The translations under genes and the position numbers were made by a program. A DNA stretch of 64,000 nt from positions 10,416,001 through 10,480,000 of the forward strand of contig OZ281495.1 in the NCBI GenBank assembly GCA_965637545.1, in the 5' to 3' direction. The DNA comes from Phallusia mammillata. Its lineage: Eukaryota. How positions within the stretch are numbered: the stretch's first letter is position 1; each line of letters opens with the position of its first letter. Positions 39,011-53,306 of the stretch are shown piece after piece. The notes under the pieces are model-generated. The model had not been told where the DNA came from. It saw only the letters and a program-made list of their open reading frames with translations, and did no database searches.

Positions 39011-40977
39011 CGCCAGCGTTCAGTGCTACTTTCTAACCTATAGTTCCCATAAGATGTCCTGTAAACACAGCATAGCAAAAATAAGTTTGTGTAAAATCGA
39101 TTACTCATTTATGTTTAGGTTACTATATCGAACAGAGCAGAAGTATTTAAAATATCTTTAACTAGAGGGGCCCAATCAAAAGTGATATCAATAAACATGT
39201 ATCTAAAAGTGAAACGTAAAAGGCAGACCCTTTGACAAGTTATAACCGTTTCAGCAGTCTGTTGCCAATTCCCTATTGCCTAACCTGCAAACCTTTTCCA
39301 AAGCTTACCATTTCAAATAGCGCCCGAGTTTTAGATATTAGATAGAAAGAGTTGAACAGTTGAGATTTTGCTGAGAGAAGCAAAATCTGTCTCATCCTGG
39401 CTAAACCAGCGAGTCAGTCGGCACGCGCCGTTTTGATGTGACATGGCGCGCGTACCAGGAAACATTAACAACTTCTATTGGTGTTGTATTACGCTTGGCG
39501 GCCACACAGCGATGGTCGTTTGCCTTTAACTATCGCGGTAAACTGGCTGCTATGTTGAGCGGTTTAGTGAAACCGTTGGACAGAATGTTGTATATTGAAA
39601 GTATCCCCAATATAGGATTTTTATTCATTGCTACATGTTGACAAACAAATTATCAAATTAAGTAAAATTAGCTTTATCTTTCGCTTTAAATTGTATTTTT
39701 AAACATTGCGTCTGTTCTTGAAAGACGTTAACACCCCTAAATGACATTTCTCAGAAATTATAGTAATGGCATTTTTCTACTTTCAGATGTCCTACTTTCT
39801 GGACCCGTTTGTAACTTAACTACTAAAAAAACACGACCCGCAGTGCAGCCAAAAATCGTATCGCATTTTTTGCAATTAATCGTCTCAATTCAAGCTGTTG
39901 TTATTTACACAGTTAAACAAAAGTAAAACTAACAACAAGACATTCTTACTGCCAAAGACTGCAACACACGTAAACTTCTGACCAACCAAAATCTAATAAG
40001 TTCTATTCAAAATCTCTGTAGTATGCTGTGAGCAAAGCCAGATTCTTTCCTGATTTTGACACTCATTAATTTCGCGTTTGTCCATTCACATCCGGCTTAG
40101 TCACACCAGTATTGTCTTATGCATTGAGTTTCATCACATGAGCAACGTGGCCCTGCTGTTGTTGTGCAATCCATAGTACTATCACCAAATTTTTCACTAA
40201 GACCTAATGCATTGTTCAATGACCGGGAGCGTGATAGTCACCACAAACGACGCATAGCCATTCATTTCACTCATTGCTGTACAAAGGGCTTCATAACTGA
40301 CCGATGGTGTTTACGTTTTCGATCCGTGGTAATGATGAAGTAGCATTTCCGCGCTATGCGCAATAATTTCAACCGCGCGAAGCTCTGAACCAGCGGAAGC
40401 GATGATGCAAAGTCCTCTGATCCGTTTACCTTGCCTCACGAGTTGCACAGGCTAGTGACGTCACTTGGGGTGGTAAACTGACAGCACTGGTGGTAGTGTG
40501 ACGTGCGTACAGGACGTGGTTGTTGTTGTTTTGTGATGTCGGGGTAAAATGATTTGCCTTTGCGCATCATAAACAGCGGCGTGACACAATACTGACTCGA
40601 TGATTACATAAAAAACGGCGTCAGTTTACAAATACAAACACAAACACTTATGTGGTTTAAATTGGTTGACACACAAAGTATAAATTCTGGCTTAATCAGC
40701 ACATCAAAAACAAAAAATATGATTTTTTTTTCGTTGCGACTCATAAGACTCTGTATAGTGTAAAACTGCGGACTTGATCAGTTAAGTTTCGTCAAACACT
40801 TCGCAAATTCGACAACAGTGCAACATCACATCACATGAGGTCATGTATGTAATGTCATGGTTTGTATACGTGACCTCCAAGCAAACTTCGTTCACGTGAC
40901 CTTATTTCCCGTGCGTCTCTTATCTCGTTAAAGCAATTTTCCTGGATCGACACCTTGTCTTACATAACAGTCTACAA

Positions 40978-41305
40978 CAGTGGCGGCCAACCTATGGCGC
41001 ATGCGCCAAACGTGGCGCATTGCATGATTAGAAAGGGCGCATTGCCTTCTTTTGATAATCATGAAAATCAAATTAATAAACTAATAAATAAATAAAGTAA
41101 GCCAGCCCTATTAATTATATATATATATATATATTCATGCACAACATTCTTATTACTATCCTTCTCATGCAAAAGTTGTTTCTTTCTCTTTCTCTCTATG
41201 TACAAGAAGTAGTCATAGAAGATGGGGTTACGAGACATTTATGGCGCATCCAACACAGCATGTTAAAAAGTTGGCCAATGGTATGTAGAAGGTTGGCCAC
41301 CCCTG
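40978..41305. mobile_element. hAT (Buster/Charlie-like) MITE, 328 bp
   Basis: TIR cagtggcggccaacct / caggggtggccaacct (14/16); perfect TSD gtctacaa with central TA at 40970-40977 and 41306-41313; internal (AT)n run. Confidence 0.9.
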
Positions 41306-44188
41306 GTCTACAAGAACTAATAGCTATTCTAAACACGTTACATAATGTGTATGTTTAAATTGGAACTGCTCTTCTTGTCTGGTTTGACTTAAAAAAAAAT
41401 TCTGGTTAGTGTTTTCGGTTTACAAGTTTATCAGTAATGACATAACGTGTTTTTTCAATGAAGGACAATACGCTTTAGTTTAAACTCACTGATTGTTTAA
41501 AGTTTAAACAATAAAAAACGTCGCTTGGAAAATAATCCAGGCGCCACACAAAGTCCTATGTAAACTACAACAACTGAATTGAACTTTGACTAAAAAAGCG
41601 CTAAACGCTTCTCAAAACTCGATGGTTTACAAATTTACATACAACTTACTTTAAAGATACGAATTCGTCTGAACGGATTTCACCAAGTTTATGTAAATAT
41701 TCAAATCCAAATAAAAAAAGAAAATGTTATTTACTTCACTGCAAAAAACTCGTCCACCTAAAACGTTCCACTTTACAGCACTAAGCGGGTTCGGAAACGT
41801 CATCGTTCTCCAACCCTACGTAATCGCTATAACCTGCGACTGAACAGTTCTAAACAACAAAGCATATATTACTTTGATAACTGAACAGTAAATTTGTTTT
41901 CTCTAAAAAAGATCTAAAAAAATCAAATTTTGGTAAAGAAGCTCCGACAGTACTTTAGTTCTATGATTCTCTAAAATGGCCTTCTAGCTTCTTAGGTTGG
42001 TGATACCAACTTTGGGCGGGCGCATTTTTCTGCCAAGACGCAGCATCATGAGCAATAGACCCTTAGTCGCGCCTGATCTGACCATCACTGACAAACTTCA
42101 ATAAAACCCCGCTTAAACCGGAAGTTACGTCAATGGATGTGAAACTTCCTCTAATATTTGCTTCCTACAGGTCTTCTGCTTTGCAGACCGGCAACTGGCC
42201 CTGCCTCAGCACCTTTTGCAGGATGTATTAATTGCTATCAGCAAAAGCAACATACAAAGTAACAATCATTTCTCTTTTTTGCAATGAACGTATGATTGGT
42301 GTGCAGGCTCAATTGAATCATATCGATTACATCACATTTGTTTGTGCGTTGTGTGATTAGTTGAATATCACTGCGTATTGCTTGTTGATGGCCTGCAAAT
42401 CGAACAATAGGCAATTAATTGTCCCTCTTTTTTGCCTCATTAGTACAAGCAAATCGTAACCACTCCTTTGATCGATTTAGTAACTAAACAGCCATCTTGA
42501 GAAAAAGGCTGACAAAAACAAAAGTGTGAATTCGACGTAATGTATTGATTATATTTACAACCTTTCATGGAAGCAACAATTGGAGTTATTTTTGCAAAGG
42601 TCAACTAAAGCCTTGTTTAAGTGTTTATATTCTAACCAGGCCATCCAGACAAAAGCCCAAGCCACGTTTGTATCCATTTAGACCCCAACAACCAACGTTT
42701 CAATTGTTGCATTTTTTAACATTTGTGTAAAAGAAATTGCTGAACTACTGAATTTGCATCAGGAATGAACAAAATAGTAAGGCTAAGTGTCGTTTGTTTG
42801 GCTCAGTAGATTGCCTTTGCTCAAGCAGCATTGTATAGTTGGGAATTGTATTCTCGCTAGACAGGAAGCAGGCAGCGCTCGGCTAAATCAGCCTGATATC
42901 CTTGATTGTTCACGACCAGCACCGCTGCAAAGGCTTGATCCAATTGCCGATTGCAGACGACCACTAAGGGAATAGAGTCTTTCATGTAAACAGCATTGCA
43001 GCTCGCTATGAAAATTGAAAAATGCTCATTAAAGCATCTCTCATGATTTGAAGCAGTAAATTCTATTGGCGCTACAACCCAGCGGTCTGACTCCGATTTT
43101 ATCATTTCTATCTAAATATGGAACAGAAGAGTAAAAAAAATAAACTTTCTTAAAGACATGAATATATCGTAACGTCGTAATAAAAGGTCAAAAGATACGA
43201 TTTGCCGGTTGCACAATAAATCATTATTGAGGCTCAAGCAACTACATAAAGTCACTACCCTTTTTGAACGTTAAATTCGTGCAGTAAACCTGATGTTTGA
43301 GGGCGGTAATTACTTTTATTGCCAAACAAAACCGGAAACTTTATGTCAAACGCCCAACACAGAGTAAAGTTTATTAGGTCGTCGCCCCCGACTTCATCAA
43401 TTATCAGTCGTTGAAACGTTTATTACCCAAAATCAAAATTCTTGTGTCATATCATATAAGTTATAAACGCGTTTTCTGTTCGTTTTACCGATGCTGCTGA
43501 CGTTGTTGCATTCCAATCGCGTCATTTGACGTCATGCTAGAAATTCTTTGAGGCGTTTATGTGGTTTTACGTTTTTTACCACAAAATCAGGATCTGTAGA
43601 CGTTTATACTCTGTGGACGTTTTATATGATTTATGCTTAAACGTTGCTTTCTCGTGAAGTCAAATCCACGTGAATGCCGAGAACGTTTAATTTTAATATA
43701 ATCCTTAGTCCGTTTGTACAGTTTTTAAGAAACCTGTTATTTTAATAACTTTTTTGCAAGAATATAGTGTTTGGGCTTATTTTCATGCTCCAGCTAAACA
43801 TTCTAAAAGTTTGACACAACACAACCGACGCTTCCTTTCGATGAATATTAATTTCAAAATACGCGTCATAAAAAAAAAAAAAAAAAAGTGTGCGCTGAAA
43901 CGCTTTTAAAGTATAGAATATTGCGTCAAAATTTCAGTATCGTCTTTCTCTTAGTTTCGGTGTTATTTCGATTGTTGGCCAGTTTCACTCAGGTCTACCC
44001 AGGAAGATCCTTGTTATCGATCAAAACCAAAAAATCCATCACAATAAGACTCACTGACAAGAAACACAATGGTGGTACCATATATATTTAACAAACGGGT
44101 AAATGCTGTACAGCAAAAGCGAGAGAACTCGAACGATGAACACATGCTACGCAGAAACACCTTCCTTGCTAGTTTATGTCGTGAAAAA

Positions 44189-44402
44189 TAGTGGTCGGCA
44201 ACCATCGGGCCGCGGCTCGGTGCCGGTCCGTGAGGTTTTGTTAACGGGCTGCATAAAACTTGCTCAAGGATCACATTGAATCAAAGTTGTAATAGCTATA
44301 ACTAGTTTTTAGTGCTGAATATTTGTGGTTTTTATAGACCGTTCCGTTATAAAAAAATCAGTTTCAACCGATCTGCAGTGCACAAAAGGTTGCCGACCCC
44401 TG
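44189..44402. mobile_element. Older hAT (Buster/Charlie-like) MITE, 214 bp
   Basis: TIR tagtggtcggcaacc / caggggtcggcaacc (13/15); TSD gtgaaaaa versus gtgtaaaa (one mismatch). Confidence 0.75.
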
Positions 44403-45171
44403 GTGTAAAACATAGCAATACGTACGTTTAGAATTTAGATTAACGCTGCAAGGAAAATGAACTGCATACAGCAGTTAGTACTACAGAATCGCTTCGTTTC
44501 TAATTAGACAAAACGAAAACTAGTCTTTTATAAAAATTCAAAACGAAAAACGAAATCTATGCATATCGCTGTGGCAAAGGATACCCACGAGGTAATTATT
44601 TATGGCATACGCTTCATATTATGGTACTATATGTATAAGGGTATATTCTTATACTATTTGACACAGTTGTACTATTACATTATTTACATTACATTATTAC
44701 AAGTCGTTTCATAGGAACTAAATGTGACAGCTAGGCAAAATATATTTGTTCCACGATATTCATGGGCTGATTCGGTTATTTGAAAAATATATTCCATTTC
44801 ATGTTTTTTCTCGGTTTATGTTTGTTATAGTGGAATGGTGCTTTAAGACGCTGCCTATCACGTGCGAACTAAAGCTACGCATTACGTTGTTTCATATGTG
44901 CGGAGCATATCTCGCGTTGCACAACATTCGTGTCCATGTTTACGATCAGTAAAACATGAAGAAACGCCCACATAACGATAGCAATCGGTTGATAGGGTTC
45001 TAGTAACCTGGACTTACTGAAACGACGGTCGTCTGTCAAGTTACCGTGCAAAAAAGGGAAGGATGTTTGCACAAGATGATCTTTAACCGATATATGCATC
45101 CGCAGCGTCGCTACATTTGAATCATTGTGGGATCAACTTACCACAAGGCGTGCAGTCAAAAGAATTTGAAA

Positions 45172-46521
45172 ATGTACGGACAAATAGCTAGCCTGATTTT
45201 GGCGTATATTTCGACCGGCCTTTGCGCTACTACTAACTTTTGGAGCCTTTGGGCCATCAGTAGCCCGGAAAGTGCACCGGTTTTGGGAGCGGTATGGGCC
45301 TGGAGAGGAATATGGGCGGATTGTATGCAAATTTATGGCGGACAATATCACTGCGAAGAACAGTATTCTTTACTAATGGAAGATGGTAAGAGCTGGGCGC
45401 AAATGATTCAAACTAAATTTTTTCAGAGTGATATTGTTTCCAAACTTAAAAATAATGTTAACCTTATTTAGGGCACGCTGACCTTATTTTAACGAATATG
45501 TGCACCTGTAAAACGCTTTATTGGCAACATTAAATTTTTTCCATTATAGATACAAAATTCGATTCGCGTATATTTAGAAGTATTTTCACCTTTACTATAG
45601 ATCCTTTATTAACATAGTGTGCTTTTAAGAATGAATTCAAAAAAATTTGCAACTCGACCAAATTCTTATTTTTTGTTATTATTTCACAGCATACAAAGTC
45701 ACGATTCAAGCCTTGATGTGTTTGGCTACAGTTTTATCAGCGTCTGCCTGTTTTCTGATGCTTGTTGGCATGGAGTGCACACTTTTGCTAGAAGGCAAAC
45801 CCGAATCTAAACGCAAAATTATGTTCATCTGCGCAATTTGCTTTTTTGTATCAGGTAAAAAAATACCAAAAAATAAAAATTAAAGTGCAAGACGGCAACC
45901 TTACCAAAGCTTCTTTATTTTTATTTTTAAATGCAGCACTGTCATTTTGTCAAGTGTTAGTTTTTTAAAATACAGTAAATCGCGGATAATCCGGACCGTT
46001 TGGACCAAAAAATGTTCGGATTAGGCGAAGATCAGGATTAATCGAATCCGATTTCACCGAGGTTTACTGTATTTAAGTTATAACTGCGACATAAAACAAC
46101 CTTTACAATTATATGAAACATGACACACCTAAATATAACGGTTAATGAATTTGATTTGAAATTTCCTTACTTGCGTAAAACACAATTCTATGTCTAAAGC
46201 GCACTTTTTCTTGCAGGTATGTTTACCCTGGTTTCTGTGTCTTGGTATGCCGCAATGATCGTTGAAGATTTTTTCTCCTTTGAGAACCAAGACAATCTTG
46301 TACGATATGAGTTGGGACCAACCATATATCTTGGTTTCGTCTGCAGTTTTTTGTGCCTTGTCACGGCTCTATGCATTTGCTGCATGCCTGGTCCACGAGA
46401 CGAACAATACGATTACCGCAAGACATCGTATACCCCTGCTTATGTCAGTTCAAAACCTGACAAAAAGTCCGACGAAAGATATAGGAAGCCGAGCAAACCT
46501 AGCGCCATGGAATATGTTTGA
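45172..46521 (+). CDS. CLDN: Claudin, 227 aa; exons 45172-45385, 45690-45854, 46217-46521
   Basis: Claudin signature W..GIW..C.........C (WAWRGIWADCMQIYGGQYHC), four TM segments, GMECT, YELGPTIYLG and a C-terminal YV PDZ-binding motif. Both introns are phase 1. Confidence 0.93.
45973..46069. mobile_element. Small Tc1/pogo-type MITE (97 bp) in claudin intron 2
   Basis: Ends cagtaaatcgcgg / revcomp cagtaaacctcgg, flanked by TA on both sides. Confidence 0.65.
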
Positions 46522-47495
46522 TGGATATAACTGTAAACAAAGCGACATTACTGACAAAACTTGCTCTGTTAAAAACGGCATAGCGGGATATAGCAAAATG
46601 CATACGCTAATATTTCAAAGAATCGAAAGCATTCAAAAAGTTGTTTTCGGTTTACAGTGGTAAGGTCTTTTGAGACTTGCCGTGTCTTAACCCACGCGAT
46701 ATAATTTGACACATAAAGTTTCAAACAAGCCAAACCTAAATGCACTTTTATTTACGAACAATTTCCCAACAGAAATCGTCTCTATTTCTGTTGCTATTGA
46801 TTTACCATTTGCTAAAGGCACGAAATCAAAAGGTTTCAGAAATTTAAAATTAAAGTCATGTTCGCAACCGCAAACGCTTGTAAATGCATTTAATATTTTG
46901 AAACACATGTTTAAACGCGTTCGAATGACGCGATGTGGTGTATACGGTCTTGTAGTCAACGCGGCCTTGGATCTACCGTGCTTGCTCGACAACAAACTGA
47001 TTAATGTTTTCTGTTCAAGGCAAATACGTCAAGGGTTAACGACATATCCGAATGCTAAATTTAAAACGCCAGTAACTTGTTCCCGCGCGATTTATAATTT
47101 TGTATAACGCCACCAACGGCACCGCCCGATATATGGTTTCTGTTGATCGTTGCTTTAGCCTCGTCTAGATCAACCTATGCTAAATAAAATCTTTGACGTT
47201 TTTTCGCACAGTATTACACCAATATTTTTTGCCTTATTATACATCGTCTAATTTTTATCAAACAACAGTCAGTTTGTTGTTGCAAAGTCGTTTTGAGTCA
47301 CCAGATTGTTTACATTAAGTTTTCTTGCCTTGTTTTTAGTCGGAAACATGTCTCGAGTTTCCGGAAAGTGTTAGTTTCAACAACTTTTGATTCGTGTTTT
47401 CAAGGGCACAGAATTCCTCGCAGTGTACCAAAATCGATATTTCTGTTGTTATATAGTGACTACTGTACCGACTACCGATGTCGAATTCAATTTGT

Positions 47496-47549
47496 TTCAA
47501 TCTGACCTGATGCCTTAAATGATTCAATCTGACCTGATGCCTTAAATGA
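47496..47549. repeat. Perfect 27-bp tandem duplication
   Basis: ttcaatctgacctgatgccttaaatga occurs twice in tandem. Confidence 0.95.
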
Positions 47550-49980
47550 TTTTTTTCTTTTGTTTTGTTTTTTATTGTTTGCTTGTATTCGTCTTGTGTT
47601 TTGCTGATTTAAATTTGCCGTTTAGTTTCTTTTTTAATTTAATGCGCCATTTTGATGCGTTTGTCTAACTGTTTTACGAAAGAAAAGTTTTACATTTTGT
47701 TACTAAAATCAACACAGAAAATAAAAGTCTATTGCAACCCAACTTCAATCTTTGGGTAAGGGACCTTGTTTTAATGTGAAAATTACTTCTTTCGAATGTC
47801 GTGTTCGTGCGACACTTAGCGGTAAAATACGGCGTTGACTACAAATTGTTATCACGTTATTAACGTAATTTTATTATAGAACCAAACAAGCTTTCAACAA
47901 TCACCCTAGCGCAGTTTAATCGTAAACTATATGATTCCAACATATTGGAGGTACAACCCTAACCTAATGGAGTTTGAACATTTTGTTCTTGTTTTAATGA
48001 ACTTTGAATGACCTTGCGTACGTTTGGCGTGCCCTATTGTTTAAATGCTCGTTTTTAGAGGTTGATTGCCCCGATAGGTAACCGGGACTCCAATCAAACT
48101 ACTAAATGGGTTTCTTTGTTTGTCAACCTTTGTCGGGATACAAATATTATCATCCGTTGTCCTGACAACGCCGAAGAAATGCAATAAACTACCTTAAAAG
48201 CAATAAACCACCATAAAAGAGTGCAATTCGGTTAGTCCGCCTAAATCGATTCCGGTAATCACACGGACACCATGCAGTACTAGGCACGCACGAGGCGTAT
48301 AATGTGCTCATTAAATTAACGACGCCAAACAAGGTGAGCAAATTGAAGGCGAACTTGAAAGTTTTCCAATCCGTTCAAACTGTTACAGAGTTATAGCAAC
48401 TGTAAAACAACTTAATTGGAAAGAGATAGACAATAAATTCTGCAAACTTAGCACACATTCGCATGTTTCAATATCATTGGACTAATCGCCGGTTTCAGAC
48501 AAGTGATAAACAACTGATTTATGTACCTTACTGTTTAGCCATAGGTTCAGTCTCGTCTGAACTTTTTCGTTCCATAAAAAAAACATTCTTAAATATTTTC
48601 AAACTATATGTCTCAATATAACTAATAAAAAATAGGTCTGCGCTAAGCTACTGCAAATAAAACCTTTTGCCTCGCTTTGTTGGTATACAGCCCTGCCGGT
48701 TAACGTAGCTGCGTACGTGTTACTTTAATTTGACAGCAAACTGATTATTGCGGCGCAGGACGTTTTTACATTTTGTCGTTAAGATTCATGGAAAAAAGTT
48801 GCGCTCACCCAATATAGGATGTCGTCGCTTCACATTGATATCAACATCCGTGTATTGTGTTCCGTCCCATTTACAATGTTTGTGTACCAACATGCGAGCG
48901 GAATAAACAAACGAACATATGTTGCCATCGACATAATAGTATTTTTCTGAATGAATTAACGTTACGTTGTACTAAGGCCAACATCGCCCGTATATCAATT
49001 GCGCATTGATCTCTTATGTTAAGTTTGAGTTTATTGGCTTAAAAAAACAACAATATAATTGACTGAATTGCACTAAAATATTTGCTAACACGGAAATAGC
49101 TGCGCAAAGAGTGTTATATGGCGCAAAAAACGTTGCTCTTAACTTCACGATAAAAAACAATTCTACCGGCCTAATTGAATAGAATAAAATTCAATTGCTG
49201 TTTGAGCATGGAATAAAACAAAAGCATAACATAATTGGGTTAAATATTTGAAATATATATAACTACGTATGAGTTTGTAAATGCCAACACCTTGCTTGTT
49301 TTAAGTTACATAATGTTAAAGTTTGACTGACTGTTTACTTGTGAATTTGTTAATTCAAATTTGTCCCCCCACCCCCCCAAAAAATAGAGAAACATTAGTA
49401 TCAATGTACGTCATTGTTCCATAACAAAACGATTGATGATGAGTTCAAGTAGGCTTAAAGCAATTCCAGATCTTTTAACGCAATTGGTAGTTACTTTTTC
49501 GCCATTATCGCACTTGCAATCACTTTCGTACAGGTTTTTTTAACCATCCAGCGCTTTGTTCGATATATACTTTTTGATTCGCATTGAAATCTATCGTTCT
49601 ACAAAATCGATAAACGGTTTGTGCTAATGGCGATTTGATCCTACTAATGTGCAATGCTAGGTGCTGCCGAAACCATTGAGATCCAATTCTCAATTCAAGC
49701 CGTCGCACAGATTCAGACTAAGTAGGTAAAATGTCAACTACGGACGGGAAGACTAGTAGCCTAGTCAAAACCATGTCGTTTATTTAACAACACCACAACA
49801 AGTTAGTGAGCAACAACGGCAGCTCGGTCAACGGCCGGCTGGAGACACAGTGGAAAAAAGGGCCCAGCTTGTGGCTGATAAAAGAGAGAGTCGTCCTTGG
49901 AAAGAAGTTTCTGGAAGTGTTGAGACTCGCGTCAACGACAAGGTTCATTTTGAGTTGCTTCGATTTTCGTCTTCGAAACA

Positions 49981-52938
49981 ATGTACGTGCAAATTACTTG
50001 TCTGGTGTTGGGATATGTGTCCACTGCATTATGTACGACCACCACGTTTTGGAGTGTTTGGGCTATTAGTGGACCAGAAAGTGCCTCGGTTTTAGGCCCG
50101 ATTTGGGCATGGAAGGGACTATGGGCAGATTGTATGCAAATTGAAACTGGACAGTATTACTGCGAGGAGCAGGGGTCCATGTTTCTTGCTGACGGTGAGA
50201 TTTTTGTTTATTTTTTGTTGATGCTATTTTGTTTTTAAAAAAACTTTATTTTCATTTTATCTCGTTATTATCTCTTTTTTTGCATAATATATACTTTTGC
50301 GCATCCAGTGTCCAGAAAACAACTTCCTCTTTAACTGTACTGAAAGATTTAAATTTACTATATAAGTTTCAGTGTTTTACCGCAGCTATAATTTTTCTAA
50401 TCTTTGTTGCTTGTGACACACTTACAAACTTTTTTTGCGGCGAATTTACAAAGCAAAAAAAAAAGATATTCCAAAAAAGGATTCGCAAATGTGATGAGAC
50501 TAATTTTGATAACAATTAAGATCACGATACTGTTCTAACGTTAACATGCACACCGACGTATCGTTATATAACCCTAATACCTAAGATGACACATTTGCTC
50601 TAAAAAAAACTAACTTTGCGGCATGCTTTAAAATCTCCCAGTGTTTCCCGGTCATATAAACTTAATAAGAGTTAAATTAGTTGATTTACATTCGAAATAA
50701 CTCAAGTAGAGCGGTTCTGAATATTTGATAAGTGAAGGCAGATACGGCGGTCACCATCCTATCAGTGAACATAAGGCTGATTCCTGTAGTCTGATATGAC
50801 ATTTGCACTTAGATTTTTTACATCTACATTTTCTTAATTTCATGAGTTTAATTGTATACTGCAAACACTATTTCTCTGAGAATGGAAAATATTAAAAGAA
50901 AAAAATACAAGTTACAGAATCTGTGAATGATTTAACACGGAAAATATACTTTTCGCTTAACTGGCATCTTTAGTTCCAATAAAACCACAGTAAAAATAAA
51001 AAAGTAATATAGCCTATATATATAACTTATATATATTCCAATAAAACCACAGTAAGAAAAGATATGAAAATAGTTAATTATGTTCGGTCGGTGCACGTGC
51101 AAACGAAATACGGCGGTGTCATGTCTATTTACTATAACGCAATGGGGTGTGATATTAGATCGATCATGCGGGAACACTAATCCCCGATATAAAGCAAACG
51201 CCGAAGCGGGAACGTGACATAGGATTGCTCGCGTTCGACGGAATAGATTGATCTCAATTAATGCCAGGAACAGGCCAAGACAACACAAATGAACCACGCA
51301 TGCGCACGCCACCTCATTGCATTGATTATTTTTCTTACAACTTTTAATTGAAGGCCGGCGTGTTTTTTTCCTACCAGGCGCCTTGTAAAAGCTATTAGTT
51401 CTAGACGGCAACCGTGTAATAAGTCAGGAAGCTTTATGTGCGTTTTAACCAAGAGGCCTGAAATGAAAAGACCTATCCCCGTGAGATGGAAATTTGCGAC
51501 TTTAGCCTCTCCAAGACATTACCTCATACAAACCAGCTAAAGAAATAGTTTTCGTTTAATTTGTAAAAACCCAATCCGCCATGAGTTCTATGCGTAATCT
51601 GAAAAAAAAAACATTGCAAACAAAAATTGCTATTTACATATTTCACCTTTGGGATTTGAAAGGTGACTGTTTAGGTCATGGATAAAAGCTTGGGAACCTC
51701 TGAAGTAGATCGATATTCAATATACAACAAAGCTTGATAAAACATGAATTTAGGTTTGGATTGCACGCAGAAACATAGTTTATTAAAGGTTGTTGTGGTA
51801 TTTCTTTTGAAGATCCACGTAGGGAGAATAAGTCAGTCGAACGCTAATGTTTGCAAATCAATGATATGTGTCCTGTTTCTTCCAGGTTATTTGATCGCCA
51901 TTCGCGCCTTTATGTGCTTTGCGATGTGTCTATCTGGCCTTGCGTGCTTCTTGCTGCTGTTGGGAATGGAATGTACACGATTGCTGAAGGACGACCCTCA
52001 ATCAAAGCGAAAGATCATGTTCATCTGTGCAATCTTCCATTGCATCGCAGGTTCTTAAATACGCCTTGTATGTTTCCATGAAGTGTGTCAGTTGTTCTCT
52101 GGGGAGCAGTGGCTATTAACACAAACGCCTGCAATTAACAACATCCAGACGATTGGTGTAACGCCGTAACGCAAACCCAAAGTTGGACTGGGACACCAAA
52201 ACACAGTAATTTGTTTTGTCCCAGAATAGATAATTAAGCATAAGTTAGCGGGTTAGAAGAATTGTGTTACTAACGTTGACGTTAAATGTTGTTTCAAAAA
52301 TGCAAAACATATTTAGAAACTTTGGTTTGCACAGTACATTGCGCTGACAAGAGGCGTCATTCCGAGTTAAACCAATAAAATATCAAAGCTTATCTGTTTG
52401 GCAAGGAATCGAGTAAAAAAAACTAACTAAACGGGCGGTCAAATAACTGTTAATGTAAAAGACATCGCAACCATTTATTTTTTTCCGAATTTTCCAAAGC
52501 TAAGAACACATAATAAAGATAAAGGCGTAGGTCAACGTGAACGCCAGAAACAGAAGGCCCAACTAACTAAACCGGCATCAGTTTTGACGTTGAACTGTTC
52601 TGTTCGCAGGGATCTTAATTTTGACATCAGTGGCTTGGTACTCAGCCATGATCGTCGAGGACTTTTTTTCCTTCGAAACGCAAGACAACATGATCAAGTA
52701 CGAGCTTGGACCCACATTATATCTCGGTTATATCAGTTGTTTCTTCTCGCTTTCTACTGGGATTGTGACGTTTTGTATGCCTGGGTCCAAACCGGAACAA
52801 TACACGAACGCGACTAAATCGACAATGGTTGGATATTCTGCCAACACCGCGTACAGGGCGCCCGCACGGAGCGAAGTGAGGTCAAGCGAGTACGTAAAGC
52901 CAGTTGGAAACGGGACCAGCTTCATGGAATATGTGTGA
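49981..52938 (+). CDS. CLDN: Claudin paralogue, 235 aa; exons 49981-50194, 51886-52050, 52610-52938
   Basis: WAWKGLWADCMQIETGQYYC, GMECT, YELGPTLYLG and a C-terminal EYV. Exons 1 and 2 have the same lengths (214 and 165 nt) and the same intron phases as the upstream claudin. Confidence 0.93.
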
Positions 52939-53099
52939 TAGAGATTTGTGCGAATAAACTCTCGAGCATTAAGTTTCATAATGAATAATTAATAACGCGC
53001 GGATCGATATATCGTTGGAGCCGAGCGTAACTGCGTTGGCTTGTTAACACTGATTCCGTCGTCGTCGCCCCCTCTCTCTTCGTGTATATACTACACTAA

Positions 53100-53306
53100 C
53101 ATAGTAATATATGTACACTCACAACATCGGGAACAGTGTATTTCTTCAGCCTTCTGCTCGACATTAGTTTCAACTCACTTCCCTATTAACATTTGTAGGA
53201 TATATGTAGCATAGCAATATATGTACACACACAATTTGGAAAACAGCGTATTTCTTCCGTTTTCGACTCTACATTAGTTATTCGTTCAAACTTATTTCCC
53301 TATTAA
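53100..53306. repeat. Degenerate tandem duplication (about 110-bp period) downstream of the second claudin
   Basis: catag(t/c)aatatatgtacac.cacaa...gtatttctt...acattagtt...ttccctattaa occurs twice. Confidence 0.75.

Noticed and set aside
50746-50790. Partial antisense similarity to 5S rRNA (ggcggtc.ccatcc)
   Set aside because: Only about 13 matching nt, too short to call a 5S gene or 5S-derived SINE.
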